From: the human T2T-CHM13v2.0 reference genome, Homo sapiens
DNA length: 64,000 nucleotides
NCBI RefSeq assembly: GCF_009914755.1
Contig: NC_060928.1
Direction: 5' to 3' (one strand)
Made by a program: the position numbers and the translations under genes. Positions 46,109-60,150 of the stretch are shown here, piece by piece. The notes beneath the pieces are model-generated. The model was not told the origin of the DNA. It saw only the letters and a list, made by a program, of their open reading frames with translations, and made no database searches. Each line of letters opens with the position of its first letter. Position 1 is the first letter of the stretch.

Positions 46109-47104
46109 TGATGCTGAATGCCAGATTGCAAAGGTGTCCTGACATTCTCAAATGTGCTGGACAATGTCCTCTACCAGACTGGGCACTGCTTGTGGCTCTG
46201 GCACTAACTGGCCCTGGGACCTTGGGCCAGTAGTTATCTCTGTTCATGGTGTCCTGGGCAGGCATGGCTGAGCCCTACTCATAGGTGGGTTTTGTTTCAT
46301 TGCCATGGGGTTTGTAACAAAATCAAATCTGACTGCCACAGAGTTGGTACAGTCTCCTGTATGCCATCCACTGACCATCTCCTTTTTTCTTGGAGCACCT
46401 GCTCTGCACAGGAAGTTGCTTATCTGGTCCCTAAAGGCAACGGTTTGCTGCCCACCTGGACAATTATAGACTGGGACAGAGTGGGCAATGAGGACTCCCC
46501 AGACAGTGTCCCCTCCCCACTGCCCCCATAACCTGGCCTTCCTGAGCTGCAGAAGTTCCCAAAGTGGGACAAGGTCTCTAAGCTCATTTCTGCTGGTATC
46601 TGTCTCACTGGTAGCAGTGACCCTGGGGCTGAAGTAGCGTGGGGACTAGGACCCCTGTTGGGCCAGGCACTAACTCCCTAGGACCTGGGCCACAGAGAGA
46701 CCCAGGGAACGATGGGAAGAGAACAGGGTGGTGGAGTTGACAGCCATTCACCAGCCAATCTGGAAATACCTAAACATATGACAACCTGTCCAGCTGTCCC
46801 CATGGAAACCGGCTGAGTGGCAGCCTTGCCTGCTGGCCTGCTCTGGTCTCTACCCCAGAAACAGGGAAGCAGAGCTGATCACAGCACCCTGAGGCTCCCG
46901 AGAGGCCCCTCCCTGCTGGCCCCTCTCAGCCACAAGGGCTCGTGTCCTGCCTCCCAGGTCTGTCCCAGCCCCTTATCCCCTCATGGGAAATGGCAGCACC
47001 CCATTCTCCCTCCTGTCCAAGGTGGACACTGTACCTGGCCACTGCCTCTCCAGAAATACAACTCCTGTCCAGCTCCCCTCTGCAGGGCCCACTGGATGCC
47101 CTGA

Positions 47105-47480
47105 TGGACTCATTCATTCATTCATTCATTTATTCACTCAGTCAACCAATGCAAACAGCACCTACTCTGTGCCAGGCCCTGGGATGATGCAGTGACCAGC
47201 ATAAAGCCACTGTTCCTGTGCAGCCAACATTCTCCTTGCAGATACAGACAATAAAACTAAGTGGCGCCCTCCACCGCCAGGGAGCAGCAAGTGCTGGGGA
47301 GGAAGAGCCAGCAGGCAGATAGGTGCTGGGGGCTGGTAGTTTAGGTGAACAGGGCCTCCGTGGGAGGTGCTGTTTGACCAAGGTCTGAGTGAAGTTGGGG
47401 AGAGATTGGTGGCGATGCCTGGAGAGGGGTGTGCTGGGCAGAAGGGACGGCACACGCAAGGGCCCTGAGGCAGGGACACG
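47105..47480 (-). mobile_element. L2 3'-end fragment
   Basis: cattcattcattcatttattcactc...gcacctactctgtgccaggccctggg. Confidence 0.55.
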
Positions 47481-48667
47481 CCAAGGGCCGTGCAGGCAGA
47501 GAAAGGAGTGAGCAGGGGGAACAGGGACGCAAGGGGCCACCCACGCAGGATCTCATGGGCCACGGAGAGGGGTGAGGAAGTCACCATTAGGGAAACGGGA
47601 GCCACTGAGGGTTCAGAGACAGGGAGGATGAAATCTGAGTCAAGGAGGTAGGGAGGGGCAGGCAGGAGGCTGGAGTCCCCTCCCGACGGAGGAAGGAAGT
47701 TCCAGCACCCAGTGGGCCAGGGCTGCAGAGCCCAGGTGTCACCATCCTGATCCCAGGCCACTGCATGCAGGGAGGTGAGGGGAGGTGAGAGGAGGGGGAG
47801 GGAAGCTGCTTACAGGGCAGGAAAAGGCTCCCACGTTTATGTTCATGCCTCTGGTATCCCCCCAAATCAGAGCAGGCAGCAGGAGGAAGGTCCCCCCCAC
47901 CTCTCTTGAGAGCAAGGCCTCCAAACACCTGTCTCTGAAGCAGACCCCTGAAGCTCAGGAGATCTATATCCCTGTCCTTAGCCTCTCCACAGCCTCTGGT
48001 GAGCAGTGGCAGCCTTCAACCCCACACCTCTGCCCTCAAAGCCATGGCACTGCACCGGGTATCCTGAGGGCAGGTGGTCGCTCCTTCCAGTCCTGGCGTC
48101 AAGATCAGGAAGGAGGGAGGGAGCCTAGTTTATCCACTAATAGGTGGTGTCATATTTTGGAATTAGAATGCTATCAGGCTGGCAGGTGTTTAACGAAACT
48201 CAAAACTGACAGTAGGCGCCTCCCTTTCCAGGAGCCCAACCCACCCCTCCACACGCCCCCAGTCCCCAGGCCTGCCTGCGACCTCAATCTCCCTCCATCG
48301 TTCACAGGGGCGCCCTTCTCAGTGGCCCGAGCTTTCCTCTTTCCACAAGGGCACATTGAAGGGAGGACCAGAAAGAAAATCAGCACCATGGGAAGGAAGG
48401 GTGAGGCCGCTCGCAGAGGGAGCTGGGAGAGAACAGGCTGCCAGGGTCTCAATCCCCGAGCCCCTCGTGTGGCCTTGAACGCCTTCACCTCCCTGAGCCC
48501 TGGCCTTGCTCCTCCCTACAACAGGAGCCAAGGGCGCTTTTCAGGAAGGGGCAGGAGGAGGGGGCTGCAGCCAGGCCTGGCACCACCCTGGGTACAGGCA
48601 GGGCCGCAGGCAGCAAAGATGCTGTACAGAGTGAGCCCAGTGCACGTGCTGCAGCCCTACTGACTTA

Positions 48668-49096
48668 CTTCCCTCCCTCCCTCCCTCCCTCCCTCCTTCC
48701 CTCCCTCCCTGCTTCCATCCCTCCCTCCCTCCCTCCCTCCCTGCTTCCATCCCTCCCTCCCTCCCTCCCTCCTTCCCTCCCTCCCTCCCTCCTTCCCTCC
48801 CTCCCTCCCTCCCTCCTTCCCTCCCTCCCTCCCTGCTTCCCTCCCTCCCTCCCTCCCTCCCTCCCTGCTTCCATCCCTCCCTCCCTCCCTCCCTCCTTCC
48901 CTCCCTCCCTCCCTCCTTCCCTCCCTCCCTCCCTCCTTCCCTCCCTCCCTCCCTGCTTCCATCCCTCCCTCCCTCCCTCCCTCCTTCCCTCCCTCCCTCC
49001 CTCCCTCCCTGCTTCCATCCCTCCCTCCCTCCCTGCTTCCATCCCTCCCTCCCTCCATCCCTCCTTCCCTCCCTCCTTCCTTCCCTCCCTCCCTCC
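48668..49096. repeat. (CCCT/CCTT)n polypyrimidine array, about 430 bp
   Basis: Near-pure ccct repeats punctuated by gcttccat. Confidence 0.98.
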
Positions 49097-49270
49097 TGTG
49101 AGCCCTCCAACCCCTCCCTGCCTGTGGAGGAGGATGGGTACGGTAGGGGTAGTAAAATCTCCCTGGGAGTCACCTTGAGCTTCTGAACCTCTGAGTTCTA
49201 ATTGGTCATCTCACATGATAATGTTTTGTGCCCCGATAATAATAATTAAATTGGCATCTTTGTTTCTGTA

Positions 49271-49278
<8 letters not shown>

Positions 49279-49331
<53 letters not shown>
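49279..49331. repeat. (TA)26 microsatellite
   Basis: Perfect TA run. Confidence 0.97.
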
Positions 49332-49335
<4 letters not shown>

Positions 49336-52300
49336 AGTTTTTCTTTGTTAAGCCAAAGAAGGATCAACCACAGTTCCCTTTTCTCTCTGATGCCTACCGT
49401 AAAGAAAATCACTTCGAACGCTTGATTCCCTAAAGGGGTGATGTTGTGCTGCCTTTCCATTAGCAGTGGGTAGAGACTCATATTTGGGAGAAGCAGGGAG
49501 AGGGCTTGAGAGAAGAGGGACCCCCGGTGGCTAAATGGATGGAAACAAGGAAGAGAATCTCAGCGGGACCTGGTGGCCCCCAGCACCTGCCCAGGTGAGT
49601 GGCGGGAACCCTGTCTGGCCTGAACTAGGCTTTCTGCCACTTGGAGGTGAGGCGGAGGTGAGTCCAAAACTGAGCCAGGGCGGCCTCTCGCAGGCTGACT
49701 TCCGGAGTGGCCTTAGTACCCCCTCGCCTGCTCAGGGGTCTCTCAGACCAGACTCCCCCAGACCTTGAGGGCTGGTCTAGGTTCCCAGCAGGACTTGCGG
49801 GTGGATTCAGCCAGAATCACAGGGTGCACCGGTGCTGGGTGTCACAGGGCAGAACGAGTGGCCAAGTATCCTACCAGCCTCCAGCAGGAAAAACCGCAAA
49901 GATCAAAGGCTGAGAGAACAATTGAATCGATAGTGGAAACAAAGCCAAACGGCGCTGGCCCTTGTCGCCCCACTGCTGGCTGTACTCTGAGGGTTTTTAA
50001 GGACACAAGGAACAGGAATGCAAACGATAGATCGGAAGGGATATTAATAAGCCTGAAAAACCATTCCTAAAAGTTCCTCTTTTTCTTTTTAGACGTTTCT
50101 ATGAAATTTTTGATACAATAGATTTTTTTCCAAAAGATAGTGGAATCTACTATTCCATATCAATCGCTGCCCCCGAGTACGCACGCAAACACACACACAT
50201 ACACACACACACACCCCGCTGCACCACCTTCAGAGCGCTAACAAGAGATAAGGGGTCTCCCCTCTAATTGACTGAATCGCTAAGGACATTTCACAGTAAT
50301 TATTCCTGCCATGGGTTTAAAGAAACATGTCTCAAAGCCCCCATCACTTGTGATGGGCCCAGTCCCATCTCCACCCACTCCCCCACACCCTAATTATTTA
50401 AAAGTTGGAGAGCTCTCAATCAGCCGAAATCTCCATCCTGTTTCTTTTTAATGATTTTGCATAATTAGGGCTCTCATGGCTCGAGCCGGTTCCCTGACAA
50501 CCACATCCTCTTCCTCCCTGGGTGTTGCACGGTGTTGTGGCCACAGAGAGCCTTCCCCACCCCCATCCCTGGCTCAGGCCAAGGTGGAGGGGACCTGGGG
50601 AGCCCAACCAAGGTGTGGGGCGGCTCTGACGGACCTGTGAATCAAAGGAAACAGGAGGTGAAGCCTGAGAGCAGGTGCCCACCTTCCTTTCCAGCCTCAC
50701 ACAGAGCCGACGGCACCTCCTTCTGCTTGAAGCCCTCCTTGGCTCCCCAGTGCCCACAGGATCAAGGTTTAGGCTCCTACCTGTAGCTGACCAGCTCCTT
50801 CTCAATGGGTCCCAACCAGCCTGCTGCTGCTGCCTCACACACGCAAGTTCCCCTCTGCCGCACACTCCAGCCCCCTTCCTGCTGGGCCCCTAGGGCACTG
50901 CATCCACTCAAAGGCTCTGGGGGTGGGTGTCTCCTCAATGTTGAGCCCTAGGCATCTCCCCCTGCCTCCCGTAGCCCCTGCCCCGCCATGTGCTGGGCAG
51001 AGAGCAGAATGCATCGTGCTCTGTGTGACCTCAGGCAAGGGCCTGGTCCTCTCTGAGCCCAGCTTCCCTCATCTGGAGAAGGAGCACGATGGGATCTTCA
51101 GAGGTCATGCCTGGAGGCGATGGCCCAGTGTGGGGCTTGCAGTAGCTGCTCAATAAAACTACGGAGGGATTCCTGGAGTTATTTTTCACATCATTTTCTC
51201 TCCCTGAGATCCCTTTCCCATTTTTAGCTGGTCTTTCTTACCAACTCCTATACATCCTCTAGAACCCCAGGCTCACACCCTGCTTTCTGTGCATATTGTT
51301 CACATGCTCTCTAAAGAAATCCTGTGCTTACCCTCTGCTGCCCCCAAGCCGCTGGGTACCTTCTCCTGTGGCACTGGCAGGAGGGCAGGGTCCCCTCATG
51401 GGGCTGTAAGCTCCCTTGGGCCAGGGGTCCTGCCTTGGTCATTAGTCACTGATCATCTTGGCGCCCCTGCCTAGCACAGACCCTGCCTCATGGCCCCGCC
51501 CTGCTCCCTGAGCAGAGAGAAGCTTGTGCAGCTGCCTGCCGTTTCTGCTCCAGCCCCTCACTGACATCTTTCTTCCCCAACCTGATGTGGTTCCACTGCA
51601 GTTTCCAGGCCTGGCAGAGAAGCCTCAGCCAGCCTGGGGGTGGCCCCTGTGTGCCCGTGGCACTTGCTCTGTGGCCCTCTTGGTAGCACCTGCTGTGCCC
51701 CACCCCCATCGTTGTCAGTGTGTGGACGACACTCCTCTGGGGCTGGGGTGGAGGCCGATTGGGTTCACACAGTAGAAATGCATGGGCTTGAGCCATGCAT
51801 TCAGGGACAAGTGCAGTTCAGTGAGGCCTCCAGAGAAACAGATGAGGGTGGGAGGGACCTGCAGGTGGGTGGAGGTGGGAAACATGGGAGGAGGTGGCCT
51901 GGAGGGGGAGGGGCCTATGGGGTCCTGGGCAGTGATCGCCCCTGGCTACCCTGGCCACGGGTCCCTCCTGTGATCTGATGGGATACAAGGCCATCCACGA
52001 GGGTGGAGTGGCCTGGGCCAGCTGGCCTCACCTCAGGCCGCGCTCCAGGAGGAGCTTGGAGGGTCCGAGAAGCAGAAGAAGGACGATGGGGGTTATGGAT
52101 CCCCGAGCACCCCTGGACACTGGCTTGCTCCTGGGTTCCAGGTGATGCCACTGTTTGGGGAGGGGCCTCCTGTGCGGCCTCTTTCCCTATCCCTGAGGCT
52201 GTACACAGTGGGGAGGGAGCAGGGAGTTCCTACAATGGCACAGGTGGGCACAATGAATGCTCACTGATGAAGAGATGACAGTTGTCACTCCCTGCCCAGC

Positions 52301-53150
52301 ACCATGTGATCGAGCCCCATCAAACAAAAAACTCAAGCCCAGCTGTGGCCCCCAGGCCCGGCACGCTCTCCCCTTAACCCATCTTTGCACACAAGAGCCC
52401 ACCCCTCCACCTGTTCCAGCCACACGGGTCCTGACGTCAGCCAGGTTCCTCTCAGACACTACTGTGGGGTGGGGCACCCCCGCCCCCATTCCCAGGCTCT
52501 TTCTCATCCAGGGACACCTCTCCTGACCCCTGAGCTCCTGATGCCCTTCATGGAAACCTTCCCACTCCAATGCACCTACTTATTTACTAGTCCCCTTCCT
52601 GTGGTCCCTCCACAAAGCTCCACACAGACGGGAGCCTGGTCTCTGTACAGAGCCTGAAGCCATCCCCGACCCTCCCTCCCTCTCCATCCAATCCAGCAGC
52701 AAATCCAGCAGGCCCCACCTGCCATGGGGGGCAGGGCCCACCACCTTCCCCACCTGCACCGGCCACTCACTCTGAGCACCAGCGTCTCTCACCTGCGTGA
52801 ACACGCTAGCCCCCAGCCAGCCCCCACTTCTACCTCACCCCTCAGCTTATTCCCCACTGGGCAGCCAGAGGGATCCTGTGAACACATGGCCAGGCTGGCC
52901 CACTCCCTACTCAGACGGCCTTGTGGTTCCTGTCCCTTTCAGAGGAAACCCGAAGCTCTTGCTCTGGCCTGTGAGGCCTCCTCCAGCCACACACCTCTCT
53001 GACCTCACCTCCTCTCTCCAGCCTCCGTATCCAGCCACAGGGCCCTCACATGGGCTGTTCCCACTGTTGGGGAGCTTTGCCCTGGTCCTGCACCTGGAGA
53101 GCTGCAGGGTCTGGGCTGAGGCTGGTCTTTCTGCAGCAGATCCATTACTA

Positions 53151-53615
<465 letters not shown>

Positions 53616-53666
53616 CTACTTAGCTGTGTGACCTTGGGCAAATGTCTTAATCTCTCTGTGCTTCAA

Positions 53667-54119
53667 TGTAGCAGAGAACAATGACCCCTAAAGGCGTCTA
53701 TCTACATCCTCCACCCTAGAATCTGTGCACCTGTTATCTCACATGGCAAAAGGGGCTTTGCAGATGTCATTAAGTGAAGGACCTTGAGGTACGGAGGTGA
53801 CCCTGGATAATCTGGATGGGCCCAATGTCATCACAAGGGTCTGTATAGGAGGAAGAAGGAAGGTCAAAGATGGAAGAAAGAGATGGGATGATGGAAGCAG
53901 AGGTTGGAATGATGAGCTGAGGAGTGCAGGCAGCCTCTAGAAGCCTCTAGTAGCTGGAAAAGATCAGAAAACAGCCCCACCCTGCAGCCTCCAGAGATAA
54001 CACAGGCCAGCTGACGCCTTCATTTTAGCCCGAGTTCCAGAATGTACAACAGTCTTTTGTGTTGTTTTGAGCCACTAAGCTCATGGCAATTGTTCCCGCA
54101 GCAATGAGAAGTGCGTATA
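53667..54119 (+). mobile_element. MLT1 (MaLR) LTR inserted into a MIR
   Basis: catggcaaaaggggctttgcagatgtcattaag...gggcccaatgtcatcacaagggtc...gcagcctctagaagc. Confidence 0.8.
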
Positions 54120-54223
54120 CAGTTGCCCCTTGACCCTCACACAACACAGGCTTGAACCTGCAGGTCCCCTGATGTGCGATTTTCCCAGTAAATATACTGA
54201 AAACATTTTGGAGATCTGCCACG

Positions 54224-54296
<73 letters not shown>

Positions 54297-54515
54297 AGAA
54301 AAGAAAAAGTTAGGTATGTCACAAATGCATAAAATCCACGTAGACATCAGTCTCTTCAAATGTTCATCAGCTGTTGATGTTACTGGTAATGCTCCCCACC
54401 AACAGCCGACTATTAGGAGTGAAGTTTTGAGGGAGTCAAAAGTTAAGCATGTACTTTCAACTGCATTCAGGCACTGTCTGAACCCCTAACTCCCACATCA
54501 TTCCAGGGTCAAGTG
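54120..54515 (+). mobile_element. Tigger2-family (MER8/Tigger2a-like) non-autonomous DNA transposon containing a (CA)n tract
   Basis: Termini TA|cagttg...tgaccct and agggtcaagtg|TA; (CA)n at about 54226-54268. Confidence 0.75.
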
Positions 54516-55553
54516 TATTCAACTTCCTCATCTGTAGGATGAATACTATAACACACCCATCATAGGTGCTGAGTATTTAATGAGATATAAACTGAAAACA
54601 GCATGTGTTTGCACTAGGTGTGCAAAGAATGAGCTGCGGTTATTATTTCACCCAACACCGGGCCAGGCACGTCGTTGGGGGCCTATGAAGGGTCTTGGCC
54701 ATCATCGGCCCCGATTCTAAGAAATCAGGGTCTCAGCCATCATCACCCCCAATTCTAAGAAATCCCAGTGTTCCGGGCACGGCCCTTTCTTTCCGCAGGC
54801 TCTGTGCTGTCATAAGCAGAAGTAACTGTCTATTTTGAGGACTCATGTACGGTTGTTTCCACGGTTACCCTGTCACACTGCCAAGCAGTCACAAGACGCG
54901 GATTTCCAGTGCTTCGGAGAAAGGTGGGAAGCTGCAGAGGGAACAGAGTGGCCTGTGTGCCCCCAGCTCTGCCCTGATAGAGGAGGGGTCCAGGGAAGTC
55001 ACAGAGCTTCTCGGACCCTCGGTCTCCTCATCTGTCCAATGGCAGAAATGCTCACCTTCCTGCATCCAGGACGCTCTTCATTCGCGGTCTGATTCTGTTA
55101 GGAAAATGATGCTGTGAGCACATCTCTGGGGTGTCACTATCAGCCACTCCCTGAGTTTTGAGCAGTAATTGGATACATGGATGGAAGTGGGAGGTGAAGA
55201 ACTAATCCTAATCCCCAAATCCCTTTTAAAAAATTAGCTCAAATAACAGCCATTTGTGTTCAGATTAAAAACAGCCGCCACCTGCTAATTGGAAAGCGGC
55301 TGCGTGCTTGATTTCCCATGAGAGCCACAGAGCAAAAACACAGCCCGGACAAGGCATGCAGAAGGACAGACACTTCAGCCACTCGCCCCAATGTGCGGCA
55401 AATTAAATGAGGAGAAATGGAAGCTGTAAAAGCATGCTAAAAACTGCTGCACAATCTTTTTGCTGGCACGAAAGAGAAAGTTTCCGTACAGGATATTGAG
55501 TTTGATAATGAAAAATATTCTAGAAAAATTTTAAATAAAATTTGCATAAATCA

Positions 55554-55861
<308 letters not shown>

Positions 55862-57467
55862 TTCTTCTCTCCCTCAAAAGGACACCAAATAGATTTGCAC
55901 ACAAGTTTTCCTAAGATTTCAAGGAGCAGATATATTACATCAACTGCTCCAGAAAAAGAAAGAAAAAGCTGCCCAGTTCATTTTAGGAGAGTTGAATAAT
56001 CTTAAAATTGGGCAAAGAGAGTATAAGAAAAGAAAATTATAAACCAACTTCACCTATGACTGTGTGTGCAAAAAGCATACATAAAACCTTAGTACATCAC
56101 AGGCAGCCCCACCCTGTCTACAGACTTGGGATCACTGGTGCGGGCAAGAGCCGCCAGAGGTCAGCATGTTGCCAACCTCCCAGGTGAGTCACTGAGCACA
56201 GCCAACAGGCCCTTGGGGATTTGTCAGCAAGGACCTGGCCCCAAGGTCGCCCAGGCACAATCAAAAGTCCTCAGTGGCCTGGAAGACACCATGTCCCTCT
56301 CTCCGCACCTCGGCCTGCCAGAGCCTTCTGGAACCTCAGTGCAATCCGGAGAGGAGTGGAATCTGCCGAGGCCCTAAAAGTTAACGTTCACTGCAGCCCT
56401 GGGAGCTGGGGGTGAAGAATGAAATTGAATTGAGTCATCGAAAACACTCATATTTCTCGCACTGTTGAGTTCATTGGCTGATTCACACAAGGCTCATACA
56501 TCATCAGGCATATGAAATTACGTGGCTGAAATGGATGTGTCTGTGCTTGGACTCACGAAATGTGCAAGGTATATGTGACCGCTGCTTCTGCCCTGGGAAA
56601 CCGGATAGCACAGGCTTCGGGAGCCAAAGGGGGTCTGACTGCCCCCTCTAGCCCACTGAAAAATGTCACACAAACATTGAGGGGTGCACAAAACTGTCCT
56701 ATGCCCGTCTCTGTGCTCTCTAAATTCCACCCTTCCTGCACACACATGTGTTTTCTGATTCAAAGTTCAAATCCATCATGAAAGTAAAAATACACAGAAA
56801 AATAAAAAGAAAATATTCCATCAGTTTCTTATAGCTCACCACTCAGGGACAACTTAGTGTATTTCTTTCCAGAGTTTTCTCTGTTTCCACTTTTCTGGTG
56901 GTCATAGCCTTATTTTGTTATCCCCTAAATCTTTCAACATAATCACTTCCCTGTGGCATTAAAAATTCTTCTAAAACAATAGCTGACATGACCGAACAAT
57001 ATTCTAGTACATGGATGTCATCACTGTCGACATCATTTTCTCGGCATTTTAAACTGGTTGCTTAAAATTTTCCTTCTCTCCCTCAAAAGGACGCCGAATA
57101 GATTTGCACACAAGTTTTCCTAATGCTTCAAGGAGCAGATATATTACACCAACGGTTCCAGAAAAAGAAACAAAAAGCTGCCTCACTCATTTCAGAAGAG
57201 TTGAATAATCTTAGCATTTAAGATTGGGATATTGAGGATGTTTCTGGATTTCCACCCCTATAAACAACAGGGTGCCAATGAAGCCCCATCCTCCTTCCCA
57301 CAGGGCTCACACGGGGTCAGCAGCGGACCAGGAGCAGGAAGAACCCCCTCTCTTCCCCAATATTCTCCCATTCCATTCGGACCCAGACCTGGCTGTACAC
57401 AGGCACAGCTGGAGGCACATGTGGCCTGAGTGAATGGGCAGGAGGCGTAGGTGGGGGGGCAGTGTCC

Positions 57468-57935
57468 TGTAGTAGGCGGTGGAACGGCCCCCAGAGACGG
57501 CTGCGTCCTGATCCCTAGCACCTGTGACTATGTTATGCTACACGGCAAAGTCAAAATAAGGCCAAAGATGAAATCAAGGACGCAACTCAGCCAACCTTGA
57601 GATGAGGAAGTCATCCTGGATCATTAGGGGTGGCAGGAACAAGGCGATCACAAGGGCCTTTATACGCGAAAGACAGACAGGAGGGTCAGAGACGTGAGAG
57701 AGGCTTGGCCGCTGTGGGCTGGGAGGATGGGGGAGGGGCCACGTGCCAGGGAACGCAGCGCCTCTAGAAGCCAGAAGAGGCAGGGAAAACGGTGCTCCCC
57801 AGAGCCTCCCGAAGGTACCAGCCCGTGGCACCTTCATTATGGCCAGTGAGCTGGCTGTGGGACTGCGGACTGAGACTATACATATGCCCTGTTTTCAGCC
57901 ACCAAGTGTGTGGTCCTTTGTTGTGGCGCACAGGA
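57468..57935 (+). mobile_element. MLT1 (MaLR) LTR
   Basis: gtcctgatccctagcacctgtgactatgttatgctacacggcaaag...gcctctagaagc...agccaccaagtgtgtggtc. Confidence 0.75.
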
Positions 57936-59985
57936 CGCAGCCCCGAGCCCCCTGCACCCCGGGAATCTCAGCTGGTCTCCAGCCTCCCATCAGTCCACGG
58001 CCACTAACTCCACACTTATCTCCAGGTGGCATTACTGCCTGGATATCTGGCTGCCTACTCGACCCATTTCCTTGGAACCCAATACGGGCCTCAGGCTCGC
58101 GGGTCTGAAACCTGCCTGCTGGTCCCTGGCACCCCCTGTTGTTCCAGGCCACGGCCCCACCTTCACCCACAGCTCAAACCAACCACAGAGTCACGCCCCA
58201 CAAGGCAAAGCTCGACCTCCAAGCAACATCCAGAGGGGGCAGCCAGGTGAGCCCTGCCCCACCTCCCAACAACCCCCTCAGTGGGGTCACCATTTCTTCC
58301 TGCAGACCCTGCAGCGACCTCTGACGCCTGCTCCCCCGGGGACCCTCTGCGGCGTCTCCTCTTCCTCCTCAAGTCCCAATCTCGTGACAACCCACAGCTT
58401 CTCATTCTCAGCTCAGCCAGAACAAAACCCAGTCCCTCCCTTGACCTACAGGCAATGTGTGGAGTCACGGCCACTGCAGTGCCCTCCTTCTCGAACATTC
58501 TTCCCCAGAGATCGGCACCACCCACCCCCTCAGGGTGTCCGTTCCACTGTGGTCTCTTCAGGGAGGCCCTCCCTGACCCCCTCTGTCCCTGTACCTGACT
58601 TTGCGGGTGTTGGTGCCATTGCTCACCATGCCCTGACATGCGTCAGGTGTGTGTTCACTGTCTGTCTCCCCCGCAGACGCCAGCTCCCGACGGTGGGCCT
58701 CTGCTGCACGCCCATGCCAGGAATAGGCGCCTACTGAATGCCTGGATGGCTGAGCGTGACACACGGAGCGTGGACAAACCCAGAGGAGATGAGGGGGTGG
58801 ATGTGGGGGCCAGAACTTGGCCAAGGAAGGAGGCAGAAGCTGGAGGTTTTGGTGGGCCCTGAGCCTGAGTCCTGGGGCTGGTGTGCACCCTGTCTCTGAC
58901 TGCCCAGCAAAACCAGACACCCTAAGGGAACAGTGTGGCCCCATCGCTCCCAAACAGCCCTCTGCCGCCGGCACCCAGGCTTCAGTCAGGGTCCTCTGGG
59001 GTTTATTCAACAAGTGTTTATTTCCAGACACTGTGGTAGGTGCTGGGGACAGACAGTGAGGGGAACCAGATAAGCAAAGTCCCTGCCCTCTGCCTGGGGG
59101 ACACCCCACCTCCTGCCTGGCCCCTTGCTAGCCCTGCAGGGCTGTCTGGGAAGGAGGATGCCGTGGCCTGATCCCTCGCCTTCAGGGGCCTCTGGGATGG
59201 CTGTGGCAGTGTGCAGCCCATGGCCACAACCCAGTGCCAGGCAGCCCAGCTCTGCCACGATTGAATTTGGGTGACCTTGGGCCAATAACTGGAGCTTCTG
59301 TTTCCTCTTCTGAACAGCATCTCCTGGGACTTGTGTGAAGATTCGATGAGTTCACAGGTAAAGCCCTTGGTAAGGGCTGGGCTCAGAGTGAGTGTTCAGT
59401 GTGAGCTGTTATGCTGGGGGCTGCTGTGTCACAAAATGTCCCCTGGAACTCGTTCAGCCCCAGACCTCCACGGATACCCCTGTGGGACCCCCACAGCAGG
59501 CCTGTGGTGGGTTCTAGGATGAGGGGACATGTTACAGACCCTGCTCCAAGGAGCCGGAGAAGATGGGCAGCCCACAGCAAGTTTGCTGGGTGTGGCTAGT
59601 TTTGGAAGAGGGAAGCTTTGGGGGCTGCAGGGCCACAGAGGAGGATCCAGATCTAAAGTAGGAGGCCGGGAAGCTTTCCTACAGGAGGTGACATTTAAGT
59701 TTGGTGCCTCCTTACCTTCTGGATGCCCTGACCCTCGCCCTAGAGCCCTGAACCCTAAAAGCTGGGCTGTTCCTGGCTGTGCAGGGACTCTGGGGGGCAG
59801 CAGGTGGCAAGACCAGGCTCCCCGACCAGCCAGCGCTGAAGCAGCAATGGGCCCACCCACCTTGGCCAGTCCAGGACATGCTCATCCCACACCCACCACC
59901 CCTGCAGCAGCTGCACCAGGACAGGACATCCCACCCGCCCGCCTGCCCAATGCACAGCCCCCCACCCCCAGGCACCGGCACTTAC

Positions 59986-60150
59986 GCTTGGAATGCTTGT
60001 CACACAGGGCAGCTGCCCGCATGTCGCAGAGCCGCAGGGAGCCCTTGCTGCTGCTGTAGACGAAGAGGTTGCAGTGGTGCGGATGGAACTCAGATGCTGT
60101 GATCACCTCCGTAAGGTCCTCCATGTTGGCCGGCTTGATGTCCACGATGT
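59986..60150 (-). CDS. PPP2R2C: PP2A B55-gamma coding exon (165 bp; [54 protein letters not shown])
   Basis: Minus-strand acceptor cccccag|AC and donor C|gtaagt; conserved B55 motif. Confidence 0.97.

Noticed and set aside
48378-48400. Possible REST/RE1 site tcagcaccatgggaag
   Set aside because: Left half matches but the right half lacks GGACAG; too weak to call.
47785-48663. 292-aa intronic ORF (likewise 57910..58737, 2287..3057 and 4966..5625)
   Set aside because: Low-complexity P/S/G/R composition expected from GC-rich DNA; no recognisable domain or splice support.
48541-49173. GGRE-repeat ORFs
   Set aside because: Translation of the (AGGG)n simple repeat.
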